From contig CBFFRP010000139.1 of the NCBI GenBank assembly GCA_965644295.1, forward strand, positions 1 through 64,000: a stretch of 64,000 nucleotides of DNA. The letters run 5' to 3'. Positions 46,741 to 58,377 of the stretch are shown one piece after another. Under the pieces are notes generated by a model, which saw nothing but the letters and a program-made list of their open reading frames with translations, was not told the origin of the DNA and ran no database searches. Positions within the stretch are counted from its first letter, which is position 1, and every line of letters begins with the position of its first letter. This stretch comes from Paraphysomonas bandaiensis (taxonomy: Eukaryota; Protista; Chrysophyceae). A program made the translations under genes and the position numbers.

Positions 46741-47675
46741 TCACAAAGTGTTGTTTGTAGTAGGTGACTCACATTGATTAAGCATATAATGGACTCTTTG
46801 TATGATTGTTGTCGATCCATTCATGGGATGAATGTTAAGTTTACGCCATTGGAAAGTTAGCACCTGCCACATACCATAACGTGATGGTATACCCCTGATG
46901 AGCATCTCTCATCAGTCATTCATTCACTAAATCTATGCCGAACTATTTCTCAGAACCTAAATAGTCACGACCTCATACACATTCCATATTATTCAGTTTC
47001 ACTACATATTCTTTTTTCTTTTCATATCATTAGAGTCTAGGTAGAGTTATATTTAACCACGGGTAGTATGGTATATGGTGGCTATGTCGTCCCACGTTCA
47101 ACATTTTGAAACCTGCAAAAATACGATTTTTAATATTTGGACAAAGGACGATACTCCTTATCCCCAGCAGGCTTTATTGTAGCTTATTGGGCTTTGGGCT
47201 TTGGGTTTTGGTCTGAGTCAGGTTCAACAGAACACTCACATTAGCGCCGGGCACTGGTCAATATAGTCATTCAACTCAATATTCGGTTTCAGCATAGACT
47301 ACTTTTAAGAGTCCCAGGATACATCCAGGATAAAAGAGGAAAATATATAAAAAGTCAAGCAAACACGTGGCTCACTCACCAGTAACTTCGAACCAACCAC
47401 AATCTTAGCCGTGGAAAGTTGATTATGAAGGTCGAAACATGAATCCATTTCATCTCTAGTCGTTGCTATTACTTTAAGCCAATTATATGTTGTGGGATGA
47501 TACTACCTACCATAAAGCCTTTCAAGAAGATCCTGATGTATTAGTGGCGAGTGAGAAAAATGAAGTGGTAGTAGTTTCGATTAGTAGGCTGTTGTTAACT
47601 TACCTAGTAATTAAGGTAGCACCATATCATCATACTATCTAATATGAGAGATATTATGTAGCTAGTCGTTGACGC

Positions 47676-47717
47676 TACCATTAATGGGCCGTTAATGATA
47701 ATTAATGGCGTTATAAT
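47676..47717. mobile_element. Left part of a degenerate hAT-type MITE split by Copia-2; the right part is at 51920-51998
   Basis: CTACCATTAATGGGCCGTTAATG...GCGTTATAAT rejoins TGCAGGGAACTGG...AATGGGCCATTCACGGTTACCAGTTACTGGGCC. Confidence 0.7.
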
Positions 47718-50700
47718 TGTTGAGTTTTGCTGTTTGTGAGCAATTAAAAGCTGTAGTTTCCAAGATATTAGAATTATATCCGTTACTCAAAGAATACAGT
47801 AGTAGCTAGCTGTAGTATGAGAACCAATAATATGATAGCCATTGTAGTGATAAAACTGAAATATACTGACTGTACAAGATAGTGACGATGTAAGATCGTA
47901 CTAGAAATGGTTGGTGTAGTAGAGATAGAAAGAGTTGGTGAACGTCAATGAATGAAGTATGGTATCTCTTATAATTATATAATATTCCATATAAGTGTTA
48001 ACAAAGGTCTTATTACTAAAAATGTCTATTTCTAACATGGTAGCAGACAGTAGTTCGGAGTGGAAACTTCTTCCTAAATTTGATCAGTTCGGTGTAGTGA
48101 ATTGGTCAAAGAATCTGAAAGTGTGGTTGATGAGGAAGAACAGGAACCATCTGGGTCTAGAGGACCGTCCAGTAAGACCAGCAAATAATGCGCCAGTGAC
48201 AGTCCGAAATAAGTACAAGGAGGATCTGGACAAGTGGCTGGAGAGGAAAGACACGTGCATCAGTTCGATATTTGAAGCTGTTCAACCAGTCGCTGAAGCC
48301 CTTGAGATCGTGGATCAGTACTTCCGGGAAAAGGATATGCTCCCGCAGGACCATCCTGATAAAGAGCAGTTAGCGAGTGAACTCATCTCTAGGTTAATTG
48401 TTCGGTTTCGAGGGGAAATCCAATATGAATTAGTTGAATTGAATAAGAAGTTTGCAGGATTCAAAATTCTACCGGGGGAACTCGTGTGCGCAAAATCAAA
48501 GATGACAAGGAAATCATTCACCGCAAAGAGAGATGACGAACTGCAAGCTACAGAGTTCCTTGAGAAGGTTTCTGTGGACATTGCTGTATATTTCAATTGC
48601 CCATCCAGACAAGGATACAAATATGTTCTGACATTATCAGATATAGCCACCAAGGAGTTTTGGGAATATCCGTTGGAGACACGGTCTGCGAATGAGGTGT
48701 TGAGTTGCGTGAAGGACTGGGTTGAGCGTAAACTCCCTACATATCCCGGTTCACACCGGTTGATACAGTACCATTCGGATGGGGGGGCTGAGTTGATCGA
48801 CAAGTCCATTCAGCAATACTTAATGAGCAAGTTTGGAACTAGCATCACTTGGAGCTCCACAGACAGCCCTGAGATGAATGGTGTATCTGAGCGTAGGAAT
48901 CGAACATTGGGAGAAATGACTCTGGCTCTGTTAATGGACTCAGGATTACCCGTAATTTTTTGGTGGGATGCTTATGTATATGCATGCATGATAGTTCGAC
49001 GAATGCCTACACGTACATATCGAGGTTGGATGTCTCCAATGGAATGCGTCCCAGGAGGTTCAGTCCCTGACTTATCGAGATTTCGACGCTGGGGGTGCAA
49101 GGCTTATGTGCTTATTCCCAAAGGTGATCGTCGAAAGGACTGGCAGGAGAAGTCGCAGACTGGGTATTTCATAGGTCTATCCAATACGAAAAAGGGATCC
49201 CGTGTGTGGCTTGGTGACAAAGAAGTCGTATCAGTACATGTTCTGTATGATGAAAGTATACCTCCAAGAGATAAGGAGTACTATGCAGAGCTTGAAGAGG
49301 CCTTAGTCAAAACTGACCCATTAGATCGATCAGTTGAAGAGTTTAAACATCTGATTGGTTCGTATCATGTGGACGACGGGTTTCTCTTTAAGACTACGAG
49401 AGTTGTGGTGCGAAAAGGACTAATTGTGGCGTTTAGGGCGCTAGTAACTGCTGGGAAAGAGCAGATAGAAGAAAAAGTCCCTATTCACGTACGTGATATT
49501 GCCGAGTTGACTGGTGACTATAACCGCAGGCTGTACTCAAAACCTCGTTCTTGTGACGACAAGAGAGGTGGATCGTCATCTACGCCGGCTTCGGGTGACA
49601 CGCCCAATAAGTCTACGGCGGATGAGATTCCAGGGAAGAGAATGTCCCTTCGTACTTTGCCGGAGAGTAGTGCGGGTGCTGTACCGAGTGGGGTCAGCGC
49701 GAATCGTGTCTTTGAGAATGTACCTTCTTGTGTGCCAAGTGAGAATAGTGGTACTGTACATGCTGAGTCAAGGGAGACCAGTGGTAAACGTACGCGAATC
49801 CGAAGGGTGTTGACTAATGTGTCCACCCTGGGTGAGGTAAACCTTCTCCATGATGAGGAGATTGTTAACTTGTGTGATGAGAGTGATTGCGCACTTATGT
49901 CTAACTCGTCTACTTATAGAGAGCCTGAGACGTATGAAGAGTCATTGACATGTCCTGAAGCTTCAAATTGGAAGGAAGCTAGACGATTAGAACGGAATGC
50001 ATTATTCAAGCGGGAAGTGTTTAATGTCGTTGAGACGCCACCTGGTGTTAGACCTCTAAAGTCCAGATATGTGTTCAAACGAAAATACAATAAAGATGGA
50101 TCAATAAAAAAGCATAAAGCTCGTCTGGTCGCTCTGGGATATGGTCAAAGGACAGTATGCACATCCATCAACTTGACGTGTCGAATGCATTCTGTTATGC
50201 TAAAATCGAAGGAGACGTGTACATGGACCCTCCTCCCGATTTTCAGTTGCCACCAGGACACTGTTTCAAACTATATCGCTCACTATATGGCCTTCGGAGT
50301 TCTCCACGTTCATGGTGGAAGACCATACATGGATTTATAAAGTCTTTGGGATTCAAACCCTGCATTTTAGAACCATGTCTATATTATATGATGTACAAAG
50401 GTCATCGTGTGTACTTAACCATATACGTTGATGATATAGTAATCGCTTGTGCGGATCTGACTATTTTGACAGAAATCAAGAAACGGTTTTGTGAAAGATT
50501 TGACATGTCAGACATGGGAGAATTAGAGCATTTTCTCAACGTTCGAGTTACAAGGACCAAGAATTATATTCAACTTGACCAATCGACATACGCTGAAAAA
50601 ATTCTCACCAAATATGCAGCATTCCTTGGACCTTCAAACAAAGTTCGCAAATCCCCACTACCTGTAGATGCCATGGACAGGATTAATTGCACTGATAGTG

Positions 50701-51914
50701 AGAACTCATCTCAGGAGGAAGAGGGAGTCGACAATTATCCCTATCGTAGCTTACTAGGTGCCATGCTATATCTATCAATGAATACGCGTCCAGATATTGC
50801 GTATGCTGTTGGCCTATTGTCACGATATGCTTCGAAACCAACAAAGGCTACATGCAAGTTGATGACTTATTTGTTACAATACATCAGGGGTACTGTGCGG
50901 AAAGGTATTCGGTTCAGTGGTAAGAGCTTTGACATGCATATTTTCACAGACGCTGACTGGGCAGGCGATACTGTGTCACGAAGGTCGACAACTGGATACA
51001 TTGTGTTTGCAGCAGGTGGACCACTCACCTGGCAATCAATCTTACAAGTTACTGTGTCTACGTCTTCAATGCAGAGTGAGTACCAAGCTATGTACGCTGG
51101 CATGCAAGAACTGGTGTGGCTTCGGGGGGTGTTGGCCGAATTGGGACTTCGACTGTACGAACCCACTCCATTTTTTTTAGATAGCCAGAGTGCTCGTGAT
51201 CTAGCATTAAATCCAGTGTTCCACAAAAGATCAAAACACATTGAAATCAAATACCACTGGGTGCGTGAACATGTAGATCCAGAAGGACGTTTTAACACTG
51301 CGATATTGTATCACGTTGGAACTGATAACCAGACTGCAGACATATTTACGAAATCTTTGTGTGGCGTTATATACGAGAAGCATAGAAAGAGATGTCTAGG
51401 AGAAGATCAGAAGTCATCTGTGGATGTCATCAGAGAGAATTCATACAAACGAAACAGAGGCTCATAAACGTGTTGTCTACGGAGAGGCTAGCTGAAACGT
51501 CGGAGCCATACGTCCACCGGTTTGTCCTATACGGTTTCGGTGGTTGCGTATCCGTCAGTTATGCCATGTGTTACAGCTTTGAATTGAGAGGGAGTGTTGA
51601 GTTTTGCTGTTTGTGAGCAATTAAAAGCTGTAGTTTCCAAGATATTAGAATTATATCCGTTACTCAAAGAATACAGTAGTAGCTAGCTGTAGTATGAGAA
51701 CCAATAATATGATAGCCATTGTAGTGATAAAACTGAAATATACTGACTGTACAAGATAGTGACGATGTAAGATCGTACTAGAAATGGTTGGTGTAGTAGA
51801 GATAGAAAGAGTTGGTGAACGTCAATGAATGAAGTATGGTATCTCTTATAATTATATAATATTCCATATAAGTGTTAACAAAGGTCTTATTACTAAAAAT
51901 GTCTATTTCTAACA
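47718..51914 (+). mobile_element. Internally deleted Ty1/Copia LTR retrotransposon (4197 bp)
   Basis: 320-bp TG...CA LTRs at 47718-48037 and 51595-51914, no differences seen; TSD ATAAT; PBS TGGTAGCAGA (tRNA-iMet-like); PPT GAGAGGGAG. Confidence 0.97.
48022..51467 (+). pseudogene. Defective Copia gag-pol
   Basis: Gag is fused in frame to the last Cys of the integrase HHCC near 48480 (zinc knuckle and protease absent); a second deletion with frameshift in RT near 50152 removes the ETFAPV region. Confidence 0.9.
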
Positions 51915-52247
51915 ATAATTGCAGGGAACTGGGGAGCTGGGCACCCATTCGTCACAAATAGGCCAATGGGCCATTCACGGTTACCAGTTACTGGGCCGTG
52001 AATATGTGTAGACATATTTACATTATATGTCATTTAGTGTTTACTTTAAAAAGATTTTATGATTTTAAATATATCGCGTTTTCTGAAAGAGTTAAAACGT
52101 ATTATGTAACGATAGCGGGATTAGATCACACACTGAAACTATAACTATGCCAACAAACTTCCAATGAACAATCTACATTAATATATTTTTATTTTACGTA
52201 AGGCTGCACTATTAATTCACTTAATCAGCTACACTCAAAGTATACAG

Positions 52248-53066
52248 TCAAGAAATACCTACTTTATTGCTACAGTAGGCAATGTGTTCCTTAATATTTT
52301 TGGCATTCCACATGTCTTCATGAAGGCAGTCTTCGAGTTCAAAAGGACCATGCTTCAAGCGTTCTAGAGCCGTCATATGAGCACATGATGAGCAAGCTTC
52401 AGCAATATCAGATATGAGGGCGCGAATGTAAACCCCTCCACCACATTCCACACGAATTCCGAATTTTGGTAATTGAACACTGTTATCCAACACAATGTTA
52501 TCAACAGTGACAGGTCGGGGCTCACGGGGTACTACAACTCCACTTCTCGCCAAGTCATACATTCTTACGCCATCTTTCTTCAAAGCTGAATACATTGGAG
52601 GACGCTGTAGAATATTACCGCAAAATGAGGATAGTGTGCCCTGAAGCATGCTCATATCTACATGGCTACAGTCCATGGTAGATACTGTTGTGCCCTCCGA
52701 ATCTAGGGTATCAGTAGAAGTACCAAGTTGTCCAATGCCATAATACACTTTAGTTCCTAACAAGTACTCCTGCATTAGCTTTGTTCCTCCTCCAACCCCA
52801 AGGACAAGAACACCCCGTGCTAGTGGGTCTAGTGTTCCTCCATGACCGACTTTAATTTTTCGTTTCTTTTTATTCGTACCAGCTGGACTGCCGTCTCTCT
52901 CTAATATACTACGTATTTTTTGAACAACATCACTTGATGTCCAACCCTGTGGTTTGTATACTGCCATTAACCCACTACAGTCGTCCGCTTTGCTACTATA
53001 ATATAAACGCCATGGTTCTCTACGAAACATGTGATTTCTGATCCCCCTGGAGACAATTGTTTTCAT
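52248..53066 (-). CDS. truB: tRNA pseudouridine-55 synthase, TruB/Pus4 family, probably organelle-targeted
   Basis: VYKPQGWTSSDVV, KVGHGGTLDPLARGVL, TDTLDSEG, QRPPMYSALK, CGGGVYIRAL. Confidence 0.95.
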   Translation of the reverse strand: MKTIVSRGIRNHMFRREPWRLYYSSKADDCSGLMAVYKPQGWTSSDVVQKIRSILERDGSPAGTNKKKRKIKVGHGGTLDPLARGVLVLGVGGGTKLMQEYLLGTKVYYGIGQLGTSTDTLDSEGTTVSTMDCSHVDMSMLQGTLSSFCGNILQRPPMYSALKKDGVRMYDLARSGVVVPREPRPVTVDNIVLDNSVQLPKFGIRVECGGGVYIRALISDIAEACSSCAHMTALERLKHGPFELEDCLHEDMWNAKNIKEHIAYCSNKVGIS

Positions 53067-53638
53067 CTCAACCAATCACTACAACTATCGGGCTAATTAT
53101 AATACGTGGTCAGATCAATCCATCGGATGCCGCACATGTCAAACACTTCATCGATGGTATACTATTAGGAGCATACTCGATTGTGATGCTCTGTGTTGTA
53201 CTCCCTAAAAGTGTCGTAGTGTCGTAGTGCAGTATCTATAGTATGGAAATATTGAAATCCCCTCTTTTTTTGTGAAAACTGCCATTATTCTCAGCACAGT
53301 GTCCGCATTTTCGCGATTTTTCGCCCTTTGTTTACAAAACAGGGATTTATAGATTTCTGAGTTACATGAATATCGTGGTAATTTCCAGAATCTGCATCCA
53401 TGTGTTGGAACTCTCCTTGTAGGAAATTCGCAGTAGGAGTTAGTACTGTACGAGACTCTGGGAAATGCTGAGGGATCTGTTGGTTGGGGACAATCAGAGT
53501 AATGCTCGACGAAGAGTAAAATATATTTAGCATCAAGACTAAACTCTGTTTGTGATCACTCGTTCATCGATTGAATACGTGAATTTGCAACAGATAAAAA
53601 GGATCGATAGATTAAATCTTGTTGTGACTGTCTATAAC

Positions 53639-55123
53639 ATGAACGCCACTGAAACAAATGCTATGTCTGCACACCCTTTGCTAGTTCGTGTCAAACGAAA
53701 GCGCTCCACAGAGGGTAGCGAGTCCTTACTCATCACTGAAGGGGAGTACTCAAAAAAAATGAAAATGTCTACCCTTGCAAAGCGCCTTGCTGAGCTTGAT
53801 GCAAGTGGAGAGCAGACAAAGGCCGACAATAGGAAAATCATGCTGCAAAGAGTTGAAACTGTGGATGCCTCGGATCCGGGAATTAAAAACATCCAACACA
53901 GTAATCAATCTCTTCTGAAGCGGCCACGTGGCTGTGTTAGCGCTGGGCACGGTGCACAATACATGTACACCATGTGTTCCACAAGTAACAGCCACGATTC
54001 CACAACTGGGTATGTTATAGTTGACTTGGCCCATGTGCCGATCCAACAACAACACGATTCAAATGAATGTAGAGATGCAACTAGACTAAGGAAAAAGGTG
54101 TTGGACCCGGCAACAAGAGCGCTAGACAAGGCTATTGAGACTGCTATACGCACTGGACAGGTCGATGGTATTCGTGATGCTGTCGAGCAGGGTGCAGGGG
54201 TTAATTACCAGAGGGACGAGGATGGAATGAGCGCTCTAATGGCGGCTGTTATATCAGTAAACATGAAGCTTGTTTCCTATTTACTAAACAGAGGAGCCAG
54301 TGTTCTCCTTCGGAACGCCGATACGAAGACAGCGATCGATTTTGCAGAGTATGCCCATTCGGACGGAGCGGGCGCCGAAGTTACACAGATTTCACTTTTG
54401 CTTCGGTATGCGCTATCGGAACAGTTAGCAGCTACAGAGTCTCCTACGCCTATATCTGGAGACGAAGATATGAAAGAGGACGAATATGTGTATGATGTAT
54501 ATCGTATGACTGACGATGTGTATGATAAGGAAGTCGGATCTGCTCCTGAGGTTGCCGTTCCGGGATTAAGAGTTACTGCTGAAGGAGTGCGTATCGATGA
54601 GCATTTCTGTTATGATTCTGACTGGTCAGACCTTGCGGATGATGAGGACCCCGATTCCAACGACGAGAACTTCATTGGCAACGATTACCCGGAGGAGGAG
54701 GAGGAAAATGAGGGGCTCTATGCACACAGATCTGAGAGCTCAGATGATGATGATGGCTCTAGTATAGGTGGAGAAAACGCACCTCGGTTTGAACGCAGTG
54801 GGGTAGGGAGAGTACTGAAACCATTTCTGTTGAACGGCGATGGTGTGAATGGAGGCCCTGTCACAGCAGAAGGTATACGTGACCTGTGGTCTCTTAGAGA
54901 TACTGGGGATATGAGCAACGATCTGGAGCAACGACGCCTGGAAGATATGGCGTTTCGTACAGGAATGAGCGTTGGTGCTGCTACGCGTGAGTTTTATAGT
55001 GACGGTATGCCGAAGTATGGCAGGGACCTGAGCGATGACGACGCGAATTGGGATGTCGATATGAGTGAATTTCGAGATGGGTACTATAATGACTTCGCTT
55101 ATGATTCTGAGCTGGATGATTGA
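53639..55123 (+). CDS. IWR1-like RNA polymerase II import factor containing ankyrin repeats
   Basis: PLLVRVKRKR, DEYVYDVY and DEDPDSNDENFIGNDYPEEE (IWR1 motifs); central DGMSALMAAV...LLNRGA...KTAIDFA ankyrin units. Confidence 0.75.
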   Translation: MNATETNAMSAHPLLVRVKRKRSTEGSESLLITEGEYSKKMKMSTLAKRLAELDASGEQTKADNRKIMLQRVETVDASDPGIKNIQHSNQSLLKRPRGCVSAGHGAQYMYTMCSTSNSHDSTTGYVIVDLAHVPIQQQHDSNECRDATRLRKKVLDPATRALDKAIETAIRTGQVDGIRDAVEQGAGVNYQRDEDGMSALMAAVISVNMKLVSYLLNRGASVLLRNADTKTAIDFAEYAHSDGAGAEVTQISLLLRYALSEQLAATESPTPISGDEDMKEDEYVYDVYRMTDDVYDKEVGSAPEVAVPGLRVTAEGVRIDEHFCYDSDWSDLADDEDPDSNDENFIGNDYPEEEEENEGLYAHRSESSDDDDGSSIGGENAPRFERSGVGRVLKPFLLNGDGVNGGPVTAEGIRDLWSLRDTGDMSNDLEQRRLEDMAFRTGMSVGAATREFYSDGMPKYGRDLSDDDANWDVDMSEFRDGYYNDFAYDSELDD

Positions 55124-55614
55124 TAATGTTATCTTATTTAAGCCATGTTTTCGTTTACTGTTCATTGATTATATTTACAACTAACTCAGTACTGATTGAC
55201 ATATATGCTTCAACGGTACGATGTTTTTGTAGTCAACAATGTTTCAAAAGTAGTGCATCTACGGTAATGACATACATCTATACTACAACCTCCAATAGCG
55301 TATATATTAATTGTTAACTATCTTATCATTGTAAATTGTAACAGATGCATTCTTTCTCTTCCTTTTTAAGGATGGAGGGCTATGAGGTGCCAAATTGACC
55401 TGGCGTATAACATATAACATATAGCCCTGACATAAAACATACATGTTAGTTGTACACATACTAATTGACCGGCGGGCTGATAGATTCTCTGTGCTCGTCA
55501 TAAACTTTGAGAGAGATACGTGTGTGTCATTTAAGATCTAATATTTCAATCATCCTCATAGTGTTATACTGTACTAATGCGTAGAAGCAATACAACCCAA
55601 ATACAAATAAGTTA

Positions 55615-56798
55615 TAGTATTGCAGTGTATCGAATTTTTTGTCTACATAATATTGTGATAGTAGTATACTACATGAGTAATAAGCTGTTCTAAACTGTCA
55701 TGTTAATTGCAGGGCTGCTTACCTAATTGAATTGCAATTAAATTGCATGGAATATACGTAGTGATTGCAATTAAACTGCTCGCTGGAAGTTTGCAATTAA
55801 TTGGCAAGGTCTTTATTATATATAATATATAGTATAATGACATAATATTAGCATTATAAGTTGGAAAAAATCAAGGACGATGGCCATTGGCCACTTATTA
55901 CTTATTGCCCTCAATGGTCATCACCCTTAATGGTTATTATAATGGCTATTAATATGGTGGGAAGGTTGGCCTCTCATTTTAAACTTCTTTACATTTTGAG
56001 AGGTACTGTTTCTTCGTACGGTCGATTGAGCTGCAAGGCTAAGATCAGGTCGATCCATAGCATGCGTAACAATTCTTACTGATCTACTGATCCTGCCTTA
56101 CAGGATACTGCAGGATTGAAGTTCACTACGAACTGGACGTGCAGCGGTAAGTACATAATGGTATTATCATGTGAAGCAAAAATCTACATGAGGGACCTGC
56201 GCAATTCCATGCACCTCATCGATTGGCGATTAGAGACCCTTATGTTCTTATGCTTTAATAGACTTCTGTGGAATGCAAGTACAGTTGAAGATGCTATTCG
56301 CTATTCGTGCTTGTGGTGTAACTAATTAAATTGCAATTAATTGTTACGCATGCTATGGATCGACCTGATCTTAGCCTTGCAGCTCAATCGACCGTACGAA
56401 GAAACAGTACCTCTCAAAATGTAAAGAAGTTTAAAATGAGAGGCCAACCTTCCCACCATATTAATAGCCATTATAATAACCATTAAGGGTGATGACCATT
56501 GAGGGCAATAAGTGATAAGTGGCCAATGGCCATCGTCCTTGATTTTTTCCAACTTATAATGCTAATATTATGTCATTATACTATATATTATATATAATAA
56601 AGACCTTGTCAATTAATTGCAAACTTCCAGCGAGCAGTTTAATTGCAATCACTACGTATATTCCATGCAATTTAATTGCAATTCAATTAGGTAAGCAGCC
56701 CTGCAATTAACATGATAGTTTAGAACAGCTTATTACTCATGTAGTATACTACTATCACAATATTATGTAGACAAAAAATTCGATACACTACAATACTA
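55615..56798. repeat. Long inverted repeat: 460-bp arms (55615-56074, 56339-56798) with a 264-bp spacer
   Basis: Arms are reverse complements with 4 mismatches counted by eye; identical 71-aa ORFs appear on opposite strands. Confidence 0.97.
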
Positions 56799-56832
56799 CT
56801 TGTTTAAGTACAGCTCTACGCTAAACGTAAAT

Positions 56833-57816
56833 TTATTCTTTGCTCTTCTTTCCTTTCCGTATTTTAGATTTTGGTCTAAACGAAGCAGTCGCCATTGGTG
56901 CAAAGCCAAGCGATCCTTGTAATGCGTACTCCCACCGGCGGTTTCCAAGTCGTACCCATACCTCACTACTCTCGGACGCACGGTGCCATTTTCCTGCGAC
57001 ACATGCCGCACGTCCTATGTCTTTCGCACGCAAGTAGGAGTAAATGTTTTGAATAATCACATGAGTAATCCGCATACTAGCCGGTGCAGATTCAGTGGAG
57101 GATACCACTGGAATCGATGAACCAAACATAGCTAATGTCCGAGGATCCTCCGCCCGATCGATGGCTTTGTCGCCCTCAGTATCTGTGATATCGGGATCTG
57201 CTCCTCTCTGCAATAGCAATCTCACCAACGCTGGCATGCCTTTCATGGCTGCGTAAAAAAGTGCAGTTTCACCGTACTTATTCTGGGCATCAATATCTGC
57301 CCCGCAGTCTATGAGCTGTTCTACAATTATCAAGTGGCCCATATAGGCAGCCAGATGTAGGGCAGTTTCGCCTGAATCATTGCGAGCATTGATGGGAACA
57401 GAAGCTTTAAGTATAACAAGTACCGCATCCACACGCCCTCGGTTAGATGCGTGATGAAGAGGGGTGAACCCATCCAAACCCCGACAGTGTGATATTGATA
57501 CACCACTATCTATTGCTTTCTGTAGGCCTTTAGCATTTCCCTTCTCCGAAAGCAATATAATTTCATTTGTAACCTTACTTTCATCACCAGACATAATACG
57601 AAGTAAGGAATCATTAGCGAGTTCATATTCAAGCGTTGTAGAAGGATCCCGCAATAAATTAGGTCCTGAAATATCACCACTTCCCAATCGACTTAATGAC
57701 CTCGAAGAAGACGCAGTGCCAGGTCTACTCAAGTTTACATAAGAGTTAGAACTGCTGGGCCTAGTCACACCTGCAGTGCTGGGTCTATGTACTGTGTTAC
57801 TAGCACTCATATTCAT
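56833..57816 (-). CDS. Ankyrin-repeat protein with a C-terminal F-box-like motif
   Basis: GFTPLHHA, GETALHLAA and GETALFYAA repeats; then HVIIQNIYSYLRAKDIGRAACVAGKWHRASESSEVW. Confidence 0.85.
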   Translation of the reverse strand: MNMSASNTVHRPSTAGVTRPSSSNSYVNLSRPGTASSSRSLSRLGSGDISGPNLLRDPSTTLEYELANDSLLRIMSGDESKVTNEIILLSEKGNAKGLQKAIDSGVSISHCRGLDGFTPLHHASNRGRVDAVLVILKASVPINARNDSGETALHLAAYMGHLIIVEQLIDCGADIDAQNKYGETALFYAAMKGMPALVRLLLQRGADPDITDTEGDKAIDRAEDPRTLAMFGSSIPVVSSTESAPASMRITHVIIQNIYSYLRAKDIGRAACVAGKWHRASESSEVWVRLGNRRWEYALQGSLGFAPMATASFRPKSKIRKGKKSKE

Positions 57817-58377
57817 TTAAATTGAGCTGCTAAGAAAAAAAGCACCAGAATATACTCAAGTTATATGAAATACGCGCCTCAGATATCAGCTGAAGCCAAT
57901 GAGAAGAAAATCATAAACTGAAATGATACTTACTGGAGAATTATCTGATTCTACTGTAAGCACAAGAAGAAATAAATCTCAATTCATCATCGATGCATCC
58001 CACAATGTATATGAATTGTTCAAACTAAATACCAACAGATACAACAGCACAACTATTGATTCCAAGAGATAAGTTCACATATCGAACTGCTGTGGTACTC
58101 AAGTACGCATACTCCAGCACTCTGCTGCTATAGATGGTGAGGTCTGCATGTTTTCAAAACGAAATTCTAGAAACCTGGAATTTTGAGGTGGGAAGGGTTG
58201 AAAAATAGGGTGTGGGCAGTTGCATTGGACAGCAAAACAAACTTGCCGTTTTCAGTACACATGATTTCTATGTATATACAACCAAGCATTTCATACACTG
58301 ACAGATCCACTCTTACAGCGCATTATTATCCTTGATATACACTTTATCACCTCACCTCTGTTCATACCATTGCAGCA

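Noticed and set aside
45178-53066. QTRT2 and TruB as a tRNA-modification cluster
   Set aside because: Convergent, separated by TE DNA and probably acting in different compartments; likely chance
55861-56552. Two identical 71-73 aa ORFs on opposite strands
   Set aside because: A by-product of the inverted repeat; TTG starts and no recognisable domain
53639-56798. Functional link between the IWR1/DMS4-like gene and the adjacent hairpin as an RNA-silencing system
   Set aside because: Adjacency only; the repeat is recent and TE-associated
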